Below are positions 10,147 to 22,544 of a stretch of DNA of 64,000 nt, piece after piece. Every line of letters starts with the position of its first letter. The stretch's first letter is position 1. A model generated the notes under the pieces. That model searched no databases. It was not told where the DNA came from and saw only the letters and a list, made by a program, of their open reading frames with translations. The DNA is from Promethearchaeota archaeon (lineage in GTDB: Archaea; Asgardarchaeota; Lokiarchaeia; Sigyniarchaeales; SOKP01). The position numbers and the translations under genes were made by a program. Location of the stretch: the NCBI GenBank assembly GCA_029838195.1, contig JALGVJ010000010.1:49772-113771 (forward strand), given 5' to 3'.

Positions 10147-10866
10147 ATGTTTTGTACTATAGAAGGTATTAAAATTCCGCTTGTAATGACCGGAAGCTCC
10201 ACATTTGTCGGTTCTGCTCAATTTGGAAAAAATGCCCGGATTTATCGGAAGAAGTTTTTAAAAAACACGGAAGCAATGTTGGAAATTTTAAAAGCTAGTT
10301 ATCAAGCAGGAGGAAGAGGGTTTCACGTGGTGGATGCTGGCAAAATCGTGGAGGCGGCAAAAATAATGCTTGAAACCCATAATGATTACGTCGTAATTGG
10401 TTCTACTTTTCCCGGCCCAGATCCCTTGATTGAGAATTTAATTGCTATCGGAGCAAAAATAATTTTCATTCATGCAAGTGCTGCGGACAGAAAAGATCAA
10501 AGATTAAATGCACTCATTGAGGAAATATCTTCTCGTGGAGTTCATATTGGGTTAGCTGTTCATAATGCTATATCCACATTAACCTATGCTTTTGAGAATC
10601 TACCTGATATTAAAACCTTTTTGACGCCATTCAATAAAGCAGGACTTTACATGGGTTATAAGGAACAATTAGAACAGTTAATCGATCAAAAAAAAGACTG
10701 TTTCTTCATCGGAATGAAGACCATGGCTGCGGGAAAATTAAATCCAGAAGAGGCATTTGATTATATTTCCAAACATAATATTTGTGCGGCGACCATCGGA
10801 ATGGTAACTCTCGAAGAAGCTACCATTACGACGAAAATGGCATTAGAAATGTTTTCAAAAAAATAG
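10147..10866 (+). CDS. Aldo/keto-reductase-like TIM-barrel hypothetical protein
   Basis: GLAVH, PFNKAG, IGMKTMAAGKL.PEEAFDY motif typical of an AKR-like C-terminus. Confidence 0.65.
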   Translation: MFCTIEGIKIPLVMTGSSTFVGSAQFGKNARIYRKKFLKNTEAMLEILKASYQAGGRGFHVVDAGKIVEAAKIMLETHNDYVVIGSTFPGPDPLIENLIAIGAKIIFIHASAADRKDQRLNALIEEISSRGVHIGLAVHNAISTLTYAFENLPDIKTFLTPFNKAGLYMGYKEQLEQLIDQKKDCFFIGMKTMAAGKLNPEEAFDYISKHNICAATIGMVTLEEATITTKMALEMFSKK

Positions 10867-10916
10867 TTTTATTCTTCTTTTTTTTTAGAAAAAGATTGAA
10901 TTTTGAATTTTGAATT

Positions 10917-11824
10917 TTAGCTAAGTAATTCAAAAATATCCTTGATTTTTGGTTTAATATGGCTCTTCTTTCCAAAGCGGTTTAAAATCCACCAACAACT
11001 CACGCAATAAGTTGTCACGTAATCAATATCATCTCGATTAAAATCCTTCATTCTTTTATTCGCAATGGCCTCTATAATATCCGTTCGATGTTGATAGCCG
11101 ATACCTCCTCCACAACACCAATGGGGCACGTTGGCTATTTTATATCCACTTTTTTTCATGATTTCCTCAACTTGTTTATCGAGGTCGGGAAATCCGCGAT
11201 TTTTTAATTGGCATAAATGTTGGAATGCAACCGTTCCTGATTTTTTGGTTTGGCTGGGTCTTAAATAATCCGTGATATATTTTATCTCAACATTTTTTAA
11301 TTCGGGGCAATAATAATTTGCATATAAATAAAAACAAGCGGGACAAAGGCAAATTATCCTCTTGAACTGAGAGAAAATCTCCAAGTTTTCTTTTTTACAC
11401 GTGTCAATCTCGACAGTAGAGCCCGAGACATGCCATGTTCGGTATATCGTGGAATTCGAATGGTAGAAAGGCACCCCATGAAGAAAAGTGTATCAGATTT
11501 TTTTGGAATGCCCTCTGGAATTCTAATGCGCATGGTATTGGAGGGATAAGGAGTTCGATATTTTTTAAAATACTCTTGCATTTGTTCCCATCCCTCGAAC
11601 GATTTCACTTGTTTTAGATATTCTCTTTTTAGCTGGATTCTCTCTTCTTCAGTTGGGCATTCACCGCAATGTACGCAATTATAGAGTTTCTTAAAATCTT
11701 CCGGAACAAACTTGATTTGGTCTACATGTTTAATCATGTCTTTAATATCTTCATCCTTGATGAAATTCTCGGGATCAATTTCTTTGGTAGGATAATTTTT
11801 TCTTCCGGGAATTCTTTCATTCAC
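10917..11824 (-). pseudogene. Fe-S/CCG-domain oxidoreductase (HdrD/GlpC-like) broken by an internal deletion and frameshift
   Basis: 5' frame has CVHCGEC and FFMGC. 3' frame has CPAC, HLCQL, WCCGGG, YCVSC. The frames switch at about 11431-11438, and the expected first CCG motif is missing. Confidence 0.8.
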
Positions 11825-12180
11825 TTTAGCTCATCTATTCTCTTAAAATTTCAAGGCATTTTTAAATATTATTCTTCTTTTTAATAAATCGACGATAACA
11901 ATCAATATTTAACTCAGGAAATTTATTTTTTTTTAAAGAGGCTTCTTAAAAATCGAGAAGTTTATTTTCGTGCTTTACTCTCATTTTTATACGTAAGTAA
12001 AATTAAGCTCTTTTTTGGTATACATCGCGCAGTCCTTTAGAATAAATAGGGTTATAAATTTAAAATGAATTAATGAAGAGGTTCCAACGGATGAAATAAT
12101 ATTTAACATTAAAAGAGGGAAACAAATTTCAGGAAAATAAGAAAGGAAAATTCGTAGGATACTTGGTTAAGTTTCAACTT

Positions 12181-12510
12181 TCATTTATAATCTTCTCGTG
12201 TAGGGCTAAAAATTTCTACGACTTCACTATATTCTAACATCTTAGCACCATGCTTTTCAAAAGAATCAAATACGTAGCTATCACCTTCTTTTGCTATAAA
12301 TTCCCCCTTTTCCGTAATGAATTTTATTTTTCCCTTTAAAACATAACCAATTTGATGCGCCTCATGATCATGAAGGGGAATTTCCGCATCTTTTTCGAGA
12401 ATGAAAAAACAAGACATCACGGTGTCATTATAAGCTAACGTTTTTCGATAAACACCTTCGAGCATTTTTACCATATCTACACCATCCTTATTGATCGGAC
12501 CTTTTATCAT
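12181..12510 (-). CDS. Cupin domain protein
   Basis: PLHDHEAHQIGYVLKG...KHGA...FSPTREDY. Confidence 0.9.
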   Translation of the reverse strand: MIKGPINKDGVDMVKMLEGVYRKTLAYNDTVMSCFFILEKDAEIPLHDHEAHQIGYVLKGKIKFITEKGEFIAKEGDSYVFDSFEKHGAKMLEYSEVVEIFSPTREDYK

Positions 12511-12653
12511 TTTATTCCCTTTTTTATTTTTTTTAATTTTCTCTATTTATCATGTAATTTAAAATTTCTTAGTTCAAGAAAATCACGAGGGCTTTCAAGG
12601 TTATGGCCATTCATTTTCGTGGGAATAAGTTGATAGTAATATCTCTAACTATT

Positions 12654-12738
12654 ATGGAACCGTGATATCATTATTCGAAATGGAACTTTAATTGATGTAA
12701 CTGGAAATCCACCATGTTCCGCAGAAATGGGAATAAAA
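12654..12738 (+). pseudogene. N-terminal remnant of an N-acyl-D-amino-acid deacylase/amidohydrolase
   Basis: Manual translation from 12661 gives RDIIIRNGTLIDVTGNPPCSAEMGIK, matching the DxxIxNGxxIDGTGxPxxxADIGI N-terminus. The ATG at 12654 is out of frame. Confidence 0.65.
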
Positions 12739-12919
12739 TCCTCGGATTTAAAAAATTCTTCAACTATATTTTTCACTATATATTCCAATTTTAACCGGGA
12801 TCCCCGAAAAATTAGAGAGGATGAAAAATAAAAAAATTAGGAAACTTCATGCCTACAATGCTTATATATTTTAAGGATTTTAAATTAAAATTAATAATAT
12901 TTTTTCTTAAGGGGGTACC

Positions 12920-13492
12920 ATGCGAGAATTGAAATTTTTTATTAAACCTTTGAAATTCTCTGATATAATTTTTGATTCTAACGTGTTTTCCTATTGTAAA
13001 AATGAAAAATTCACATGTCCGAATTATGGTCATTCTTGGGCATGTCCTCCGGCTTCTACTTCTTTAGAAAGGGAGTTTTCGCACTATAAACACTTTTATC
13101 TAATAGGTGTAAAATTAAATTTAGATAAATATATTAAGCGCTTGCAAAAGAAATTTCCAAAAAAAAAAAGAGAACGTTTGATTAATGAATTATATAGAAA
13201 AAAAATCCTCGAGCGCGAATTGAACAATTTTATCATAACTTTTTTAGAAAAAAAGAAAGAAAAACACGAAAACTTTTTTATACTATGGGCAGGGTCGTGC
13301 GATACATGTGAACTTGAAGGAAAAAGGTGCACTTATGAGGAAAATGAGCCTTGTCGCTATCCCGAGAAAATGAAACGTGGAATGACCTCTGCTGGAATAA
13401 ACACGGTTGAAACCGTAAAAAGATTTGGATTAAATCTTAACTGGAAAAATGAAAAATACACCTACCGATTTGGATTAGCGTGTTTTAATTAA
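12920..13492 (+). CDS. DUF2284 family metal-binding protein
   Basis: CPNYGHSWACPP and GSCDTC...C...PCRYPEK...SAGIN motifs. Confidence 0.85.
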   Translation: MRELKFFIKPLKFSDIIFDSNVFSYCKNEKFTCPNYGHSWACPPASTSLEREFSHYKHFYLIGVKLNLDKYIKRLQKKFPKKKRERLINELYRKKILERELNNFIITFLEKKKEKHENFFILWAGSCDTCELEGKRCTYEENEPCRYPEKMKRGMTSAGINTVETVKRFGLNLNWKNEKYTYRFGLACFN

Positions 13493-13556
13493 AAATTTTT
13501 GATTAAGCATTTTTCCCTTTTCTTAAGATATATTACTCCTATTAAATTATCTTTAT

Positions 13557-14690
13557 TTGAAAATGCAATCTTCGAGTATCTACCAAGAATTAAAAGAGAA
13601 ACCATTTAACAAGGCGGATATCCCATTATATCGATTATATTGTCATGGATTTCGCTCTGGAGGATATGTAGATGTCATCAATAGAGAAATCAACCGCATG
13701 AGAAGGGAGAGACTGGATTTAAAAGAGTTCGATGCCTTATTTAATGCCCAAATCGCGCTTGAAAAAATTTTAACTTTGCGGGAAGAGCCCATCCCCATTG
13801 ATAAACATGTAGTACGACGATTTCTTCATTATGACTCTCTCCATGAAAGAGCTTCAAAGCATTTAAAGGAAGCTGGAAAACAATATAAAGAAATAAAAAG
13901 ATTACACCAGATTTTCATCGAGATTTTTAGAAAAATTAAGAATAGTGGAGGGTATTTTATCATTAATTGGTTAGATCCTTTTTTATTAAACCATGGTGCT
14001 CTTGATCTTCCTGATCAAGGATTGAAAATTATTCAAGGAGTTTTTGCTGATAATTTTAGTTTAAATCATGCCGTGGTTTCTCCGGGATGTTCATTCTATC
14101 ACGACCATGCACATCTTTGGGAATTTCATTTTATTGATCATTATAGTAAGGAATTACTTTATGAACATTTTCGGGCGGGAAAAAAATTTAAAATCATCGG
14201 TAATGACATCATCTCAATGGGACCTACCATTCCTCATGGCGGAAATAATCCTGAAAATAGCATTCCTTTTTTATTAGGATTTGTTTCTGGAAGCTTAAAA
14301 CATGGTCCATGGCGATTTGATTTTAATGATAGAGGCGTGCCTCCATGCGAAAATTTATTGACCGAAGATAAAATTGAAGCGTTAAATGGTGTTCAGCTAG
14401 ATCCTATTTTGAAAGACCTTTCTTCGAATTCTCGAAGTAACCAAATCAACCATGTTGTTTTCCCGAGTCAAGATTGCGATATTACCGTGAAACTCACGAC
14501 AATTCGAGGAAATTTTACCATTCAACCCATAAAAGAAGACACTATCGTTAAAATCTTACAAGGAACTGGATACATGCATTATGAGGATATGAATGAGCAA
14601 GATATTGGTTCAATGGATTCTTTTATCATCCCTAAAAACATGAAATGTTTTCTTCAATCAAAGAACATATCATTATTGGTGTTTGGATAA
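13557..14690 (+). CDS. Hypothetical protein with helical N-terminus and cupin-like domains
   Basis: HDHAHLWEFH...PHGG metal-site pattern, and a second degenerate cupin-like repeat (ILQGTG...SFIIP). Confidence 0.6.
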   Translation: MKMQSSSIYQELKEKPFNKADIPLYRLYCHGFRSGGYVDVINREINRMRRERLDLKEFDALFNAQIALEKILTLREEPIPIDKHVVRRFLHYDSLHERASKHLKEAGKQYKEIKRLHQIFIEIFRKIKNSGGYFIINWLDPFLLNHGALDLPDQGLKIIQGVFADNFSLNHAVVSPGCSFYHDHAHLWEFHFIDHYSKELLYEHFRAGKKFKIIGNDIISMGPTIPHGGNNPENSIPFLLGFVSGSLKHGPWRFDFNDRGVPPCENLLTEDKIEALNGVQLDPILKDLSSNSRSNQINHVVFPSQDCDITVKLTTIRGNFTIQPIKEDTIVKILQGTGYMHYEDMNEQDIGSMDSFIIPKNMKCFLQSKNISLLVFG

Positions 14691-14755
14691 ATTTATTTGT
14701 GATGGTTGGAAATTAGTCTTGGACGTTTTTTTAAAAATTCTCATTCCCCTTCTTA

Positions 14756-15310
14756 TCATTTAACATGAGAAGCAAAATTTTTTGCGAATTCAAATATCTG
14801 CTCCCAATTTCGAAAATCGTTTCGTTTACCTTTCATGATATTAGGATCTTCTTTAGAAGCCAATTCCATCATTTTTTTATTTAGAAACCCAAGAGTAGAG
14901 TTTTCGGATAAATCTAACACGCCCCCGAACGCTTGTTTTAAACCTGGTGAGAGACCATATTGATTTAATATTGGATCAATATATTTTTCTCTTGCTACTT
15001 CACATTTATTAGGATTCATGGCCTCTCCACAGCTCACATAAATACCTAATAGGTTTTCTTTTTGTTTTAAGGCTTTCGTGTTTTCTTTCAAAAATTTCTT
15101 GGCTTCTTTTGTCCAAGAACCGATTTTTATTCCCGAACCAATTAAAATCCCATCGAAATCGTCAATCTTTAATTTTTTCTTGGACGATTTATCTTTTAGA
15201 TTCATTAAAGTGGTGGTAAAACCTTCCTTATTAAGATATTCGGAAATTTTTTCTGATATTTCAGCTGTACTTCCAAATCGTGAACCATATATAATTAAGA
15301 TTTTTTTCAT
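14756..15310 (-). CDS. Flavodoxin-domain protein (HemG-like)
   Basis: IIYGSRFGSTAEI FMN loop, AFGGVLD, DFRNWEQI. Confidence 0.88.
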   Translation of the reverse strand: MKKILIIYGSRFGSTAEISEKISEYLNKEGFTTTLMNLKDKSSKKKLKIDDFDGILIGSGIKIGSWTKEAKKFLKENTKALKQKENLLGIYVSCGEAMNPNKCEVAREKYIDPILNQYGLSPGLKQAFGGVLDLSENSTLGFLNKKMMELASKEDPNIMKGKRNDFRNWEQIFEFAKNFASHVK

Positions 15311-15433
15311 GGATTTTCATCTTCTTTAAATTTTTTTTTTTTTTTCATGAATTGAGTATTCTTATTTTTTATTTTACTAATCTTTTATCTTTTTTATGAA
15401 AAAGTAGAAAATTTTTAATTTTTTTAAAAAATT

Positions 15434-17775
<2,342 letters not shown>

Positions 17776-18098
17776 TTATTTTCCGCATTCTCAACTTACT
17801 TAAATCTCAAATTTTTTCTTCCAAAATCCAAAATCTATATTCCTTTAAAAAATTTTCAATTATTTTTATCTCAACTTGTCAGTTCAATTGTATTTGAAGG
17901 GATAATTTTAAATATTACGCATTCCTTAAGCGTGATTCAAATATAAATTCGATCTTTTTCTAAATCCTTCCCTTTAAATAGAAAAATGAATAGAGGATCC
18001 ATGCATCCGCTTTTTTAAAGGAAAATGGTATCCAATGATTTATATATGAAGTTTTTCATTAAAGAATTAACAAAGATAAGTTAATTTTTTTTTTTACA

Positions 18099-19064
18099 AT
18101 GCCGTCGAGCTTGAATGGAACCATCCTTTTTGATTTATATCACGGTGAAATGCTGGATCTGGAGAATCAAGAATATTCGGAATTCAAGAATCTATTAAAA
18201 AAACAAGACATGAATGTCTTAAAAAATGATAATCAACCCCTTACCAGAAAACTATTAAAAGACATTGACCTTCTCATTCTGGGAAATCCCATCAATAAAT
18301 ATTTTTCTGGTGAAGAAATTAAGGAAATTGAAGATTTTGTACGCATTGGGGGCAATCTATTATTAATTTCCGAATATGGCTCCGATTATCTCCAAAAAAC
18401 TAATCTAAACGAATTAGCAAAACGTTTTGGCTTCTATTTCTTACCAAATATCGTAAAAGAACTAAATTCCTCTAATGAAAATTGTCAAAGTATCATATCC
18501 ATCAAGATTTTACATGACAATGAAAATGAATTATTATCTCATGTAAGATTCCTTCAAATTGGAGGATGCTGTTCTCTACTCTTGTTGAATCGATTTGCTC
18601 AATCATTTTTGAAAATCAAGCAAAGAGAAGGGATCTGGACGGAAACCTACGATGCTTTGACCAAATCATGGATCATCAATGATAAAAAAGAAAAAGAAAA
18701 AAAGAAAGAAATCATCTTGGCAGCATGTTCACATCACGGCAAGGGGAAAATTATTGGAATCGGAGATGTGGATATCTTTTCCAATACCCCTCGCATCGGA
18801 ATCAGCGCTAATGATCATGAGAGATTACTTTTAAATCTGCTCAAATGGTTTAAAGAACCGGTTGCAGAATCAAAATTACGAATTTGGATATTAAATCAAA
18901 TAGGAATGCTTCAACATTCTGTAAAAGAGATTAATTTAAAATTAAATAATATCATCGAAACCCTAACTCTTTTAGAAAAAAGAATTAGCTTAGTGGAAGC
19001 AAATTCAACTTCCCTTCCTGTTAAAACCTTTCATGAAGAAATCGTTGAAAGAAATGATTCATGA
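18099..19064 (+). CDS. GIFT/DUF4350 (IFT52/GldG-like) domain protein with C-terminal coiled coil
   Basis: ILFDxxHxE, LLILGNP..F...E...I..FV..GGNLL......G...TNLNEL...FG, GKGKIIGIGDVDIF, heptad-rich tail. Confidence 0.7.
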   Translation: MPSSLNGTILFDLYHGEMLDLENQEYSEFKNLLKKQDMNVLKNDNQPLTRKLLKDIDLLILGNPINKYFSGEEIKEIEDFVRIGGNLLLISEYGSDYLQKTNLNELAKRFGFYFLPNIVKELNSSNENCQSIISIKILHDNENELLSHVRFLQIGGCCSLLLLNRFAQSFLKIKQREGIWTETYDALTKSWIINDKKEKEKKKEIILAACSHHGKGKIIGIGDVDIFSNTPRIGISANDHERLLLNLLKWFKEPVAESKLRIWILNQIGMLQHSVKEINLKLNNIIETLTLLEKRISLVEANSTSLPVKTFHEEIVERNDS

Positions 19065-19250
19065 TCTATTATTTTTATGGTTCCAAAATTGTCATGCCCT
19101 TCGGCTAAAAAGAAATACTTTAATAGAAATTTGTTAAGCACGATTCACGCTTAGCTAATAAGATTTCAAAATTCAATTATTATAAATATTAATATAGTTC
19201 TATGATTAATTAATAATTAATCAAATATCTATTAACATGGAGATCTAAAA

Positions 19251-20576
19251 ATGAGTGAAGAAAAAGTTAGAAGCAAATTCGAATTATTTGTCATATTAAC
19301 TGCCGCAGTTATCGCATGGATGCATGATGGATATTCTCTCGTTATCATAAGCCTTCTCGCAAACGACCTAAAAACATTTTTTGGTGTAGGCGACGCAGCA
19401 ATAGGGTTAACAATATCCCTACAATTTGTAGCAACGGTTCCTGGGGCAATTTTATTTGGCGAATTGGGAGATCGATTTGGAAGGAAAAAAGCACTTATCA
19501 TTTCTATTGCATGGGATGCTGTATTCTCGGCAAGCACAGCCTTCGTCCCAGCTGGAGAATATTTTTTATTTGCTGTTTTGAGATTTATTTCTGGGCTCGG
19601 CGTTAGTTGGGGAATTTCCTTTTCTTTAATTTCGGAATACTTTCAGCCTCAAAGAAGGGGAGCGGCAGGAGGATTAGTTCATTCCACGTTTGTCGTTGGA
19701 TATGTTTCCGCAATCATTGCCACTCTTCTCATATCGCCTTATGGGTGGCAATATTGTTTTTTAACTGCCCTATTTCCTTTTCCCTTTTTGGTACTCTTTT
19801 GGTTTGCATTGCCGGAATCTGCTGTTTGGGCGGAATATGATCAATTAACAAAAGAAGGGAAAATTGAGCAAAAAGTAAGAATTAAGGAATTGTTCAGTGG
19901 TCGCTGGTTAAAAATCACGGTGCTACTCATAATTCTGTTCTGGTTATGCGAAGCCGCCTATCACATGCTTGTCGATTTTGCCCCCGTATTCTTTGAATAT
20001 CTTTTTGCATATCAAGGTGTGGCGAATCCAGGAAACGCCGCATTATTTTTCATGTTAGGTCTCATGGTGGTTGCAGCATTTGTCTTATTTGGTTTCGGAG
20101 CCCTTTCTGACTATATTGGACGGAAAAAAGCATTTTACTTGGATAATATTTTTGGCGTCGTGGGAGGCTCGCTATTTGGAATATTTCTATTGCTTTCTTT
20201 TAACTCTACCATGATCTTAGTCGCATCTATATTAATTACGGCAAGTTTTGGCCTACACGGAATTTTTGGTGTATGGAGTTCTGAGCTATACGACACGGAA
20301 CTTCGAGCCTCGGCAAATGGTATCATTTTTTCAGTGGCACGCGGAGCTGGGTTCGGCGGATTCATCGTGGGCTTGATTTCCGATGCTTTAAATCCTTATG
20401 AAACTACTGCTGAGCGCCTTGCGAATCCTTTTGTTTCTCTACAGGCATTAGGAACGGGCATGCTCCTCTGTCTTGTTGCTTATATTGGTATAATGATTGT
20501 CTTGTGGTTTGTTCCCGAGCCCTTAGATAAAACGATTACAGCTTTACCAAAATCCTCAAAACTCATGAAACCCTAA
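19251..20576 (+). CDS. MFS transporter (aromatic acid/sugar porter-like)
   Basis: GELGDRFGRK and ALSDYIGRK motif A repeats, LPES, 12 TM. Confidence 0.92.
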   Translation: MSEEKVRSKFELFVILTAAVIAWMHDGYSLVIISLLANDLKTFFGVGDAAIGLTISLQFVATVPGAILFGELGDRFGRKKALIISIAWDAVFSASTAFVPAGEYFLFAVLRFISGLGVSWGISFSLISEYFQPQRRGAAGGLVHSTFVVGYVSAIIATLLISPYGWQYCFLTALFPFPFLVLFWFALPESAVWAEYDQLTKEGKIEQKVRIKELFSGRWLKITVLLIILFWLCEAAYHMLVDFAPVFFEYLFAYQGVANPGNAALFFMLGLMVVAAFVLFGFGALSDYIGRKKAFYLDNIFGVVGGSLFGIFLLLSFNSTMILVASILITASFGLHGIFGVWSSELYDTELRASANGIIFSVARGAGFGGFIVGLISDALNPYETTAERLANPFVSLQALGTGMLLCLVAYIGIMIVLWFVPEPLDKTITALPKSSKLMKP

Positions 20577-20823
20577 TTATATTCGGATAAAAATCATTAA
20601 TTTTTATTTTTTTTTATTTTTCTCTTTAAATTCGAGGAAAAAATTCTTTCTCTATTTGCTTTCTTTAGGAAAAGAATTAAAACGTGATTTTTTTCAAAGA
20701 AAAAGGAGTAAAAATAATTAAATAACAAGAATAAGAAATAAAATTAAGATATTTATTAGTATTTCCAGTTTTTATGAAATGTAATTAGTAGCTCATCCAC
20801 AACTTTAAATAAATTTTTCCAAT

Positions 20824-22269
20824 TTAATCGATATCAAGGATATCTTTTGCAAATTGTTTTTTTTCCCCTAATTTGGATTCTCTATAAATCATAATTCTTT
20901 GTGCTTGAGGAGAGCCGGCGCCATGCATGCTCTCCGTTCTATAGCTCACGGAAGCGACTCCCATTGTTAAATTTTCAATGAAACGCAAGATTTTATACCG
21001 ATCTTCAGGCGAGAGATTTTCACAAGTAGATAAATATTTTTCTAAAAGAGGGCCAATCTCATTTGATCTTAGATCTGCTTCAGAGGGCATCGTACAAATT
21101 AAACCACCAGCAATATCTTCGGCTAATCTGGCAATCTCATAGGGAAAGCGGGTAACATTTTGCTTGCAAACATTTGCCAAGAGCATGTTCATTTCATAAT
21201 TTCCGGCTTGCCGTGGAAAACCAAGAGAACTACAAGCAATTCCACAGCTAAATAGGGTCTCATTTAAGTGGGTCATTTCGATTAGTTTATCCCGAACGTG
21301 AGAAGCATTTTGCACTCCATTAAATTCTGCTGCTAATGCGGTGGCCCCTATGAGAACATCTCCCACTCCCACCTTGCAACCTCCATAAGATTGTCGATGA
21401 AAACCGGCAAATCTATTTACTAATTCTCCTGAAAATTCTATTTCCCCGTTCATGAACACGTGCTCTTTGGGAACAAATACGTCATCAAAAATCACGAAGA
21501 TTTCCTGACCCCCATATTTATAATTTCCAATATCGAGAGGATTTTTTTCTAATTTTCGGGTGTCGCACGACTGCCTCCCATAAATCATGATGATCCCCTT
21601 TTCATTAGTATCCACTCCAAAGCTCACGGCATATTTCTCTTCTCCGGGACGCAAGGCTAAAGTAGGCATGATGATGGCGCGATGGGAATTAAGAAAACCC
21701 GTTTGATGTATTTTAGCTCCTCTAACCACGATCCCGTCCTCTGAATCCTCCACGACATGTAAATAAGCGTCGGGATTAGGTTGCTCGATCGGTCGCTTGC
21801 TCCGATCTCCTTTAGGATCAGTCATTGCCCCTCCTACCATTAAATCTTGGGCTTGTACTTCGCTCCAGTATTTTTTAAATCGCTCATGATAATCTGTACC
21901 GAATTTTTTATCCATTTCAAATGTGACGCTATACAATGCATTCGCAGCATCAAATCCCACGCATCTCTGAAAGCAACATGCCGTATGCTGTCCTAATAAT
22001 CGAAGCATATTCACTTTTTTAATTAGATCTTCCGTGGATTGATGAATGTGAGTGAATCGATTAATGATCTCCCCCGTGAGATGGGAGCGTGCCGTCATGA
22101 TCTCTTGATAGTTAGGATCTTGCGCTAATTCATAAATTTTTTTCACGGTATTAATAGAAGGTTTGATAATCGGATGATTCCAAAAATCTTGTATTTTCTC
22201 TCCAAAAAGATAGAGGTTTACGGGACGTTTAATGCTTTCAAGATATTCCTCCGGTGTTTTTAATACCAC
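20824..22269 (-). CDS. abfD: 4-hydroxybutyryl-CoA dehydratase/vinylacetyl-CoA isomerase
   Basis: CFQRCVG and HRQSYGGCK [4Fe-4S] ligands, MTDPKGDRS, ESMHGAGSPQAQ. Confidence 0.93.
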   Translation of the reverse strand: MVLKTPEEYLESIKRPVNLYLFGEKIQDFWNHPIIKPSINTVKKIYELAQDPNYQEIMTARSHLTGEIINRFTHIHQSTEDLIKKVNMLRLLGQHTACCFQRCVGFDAANALYSVTFEMDKKFGTDYHERFKKYWSEVQAQDLMVGGAMTDPKGDRSKRPIEQPNPDAYLHVVEDSEDGIVVRGAKIHQTGFLNSHRAIIMPTLALRPGEEKYAVSFGVDTNEKGIIMIYGRQSCDTRKLEKNPLDIGNYKYGGQEIFVIFDDVFVPKEHVFMNGEIEFSGELVNRFAGFHRQSYGGCKVGVGDVLIGATALAAEFNGVQNASHVRDKLIEMTHLNETLFSCGIACSSLGFPRQAGNYEMNMLLANVCKQNVTRFPYEIARLAEDIAGGLICTMPSEADLRSNEIGPLLEKYLSTCENLSPEDRYKILRFIENLTMGVASVSYRTESMHGAGSPQAQRIMIYRESKLGEKKQFAKDILDID

Positions 22270-22544
22270 TTGAGATTTTCACCTAATTAAAACGTGATTT
22301 GATATCGTTTTATTGTTGAGTTTAGACATAAAAAGAAATTAAGAATTAAAATTCTTTCTTTAATATTTAAAGCCTTTTTCCCTTAAGTCCTTCATTTTTT
22401 AAAAATACTGAAGAAAAATTGTTCTTTTTAAATCTTCTTTAAAGAGAAATAATTCTTATTTAGCTCATTAAATATTTCCCGTGCTCGAATGGTTAAAAAT
22501 TAAACAAATTTAAAAGTAAAAAATCTGACTTTTAAACCGTCAAT

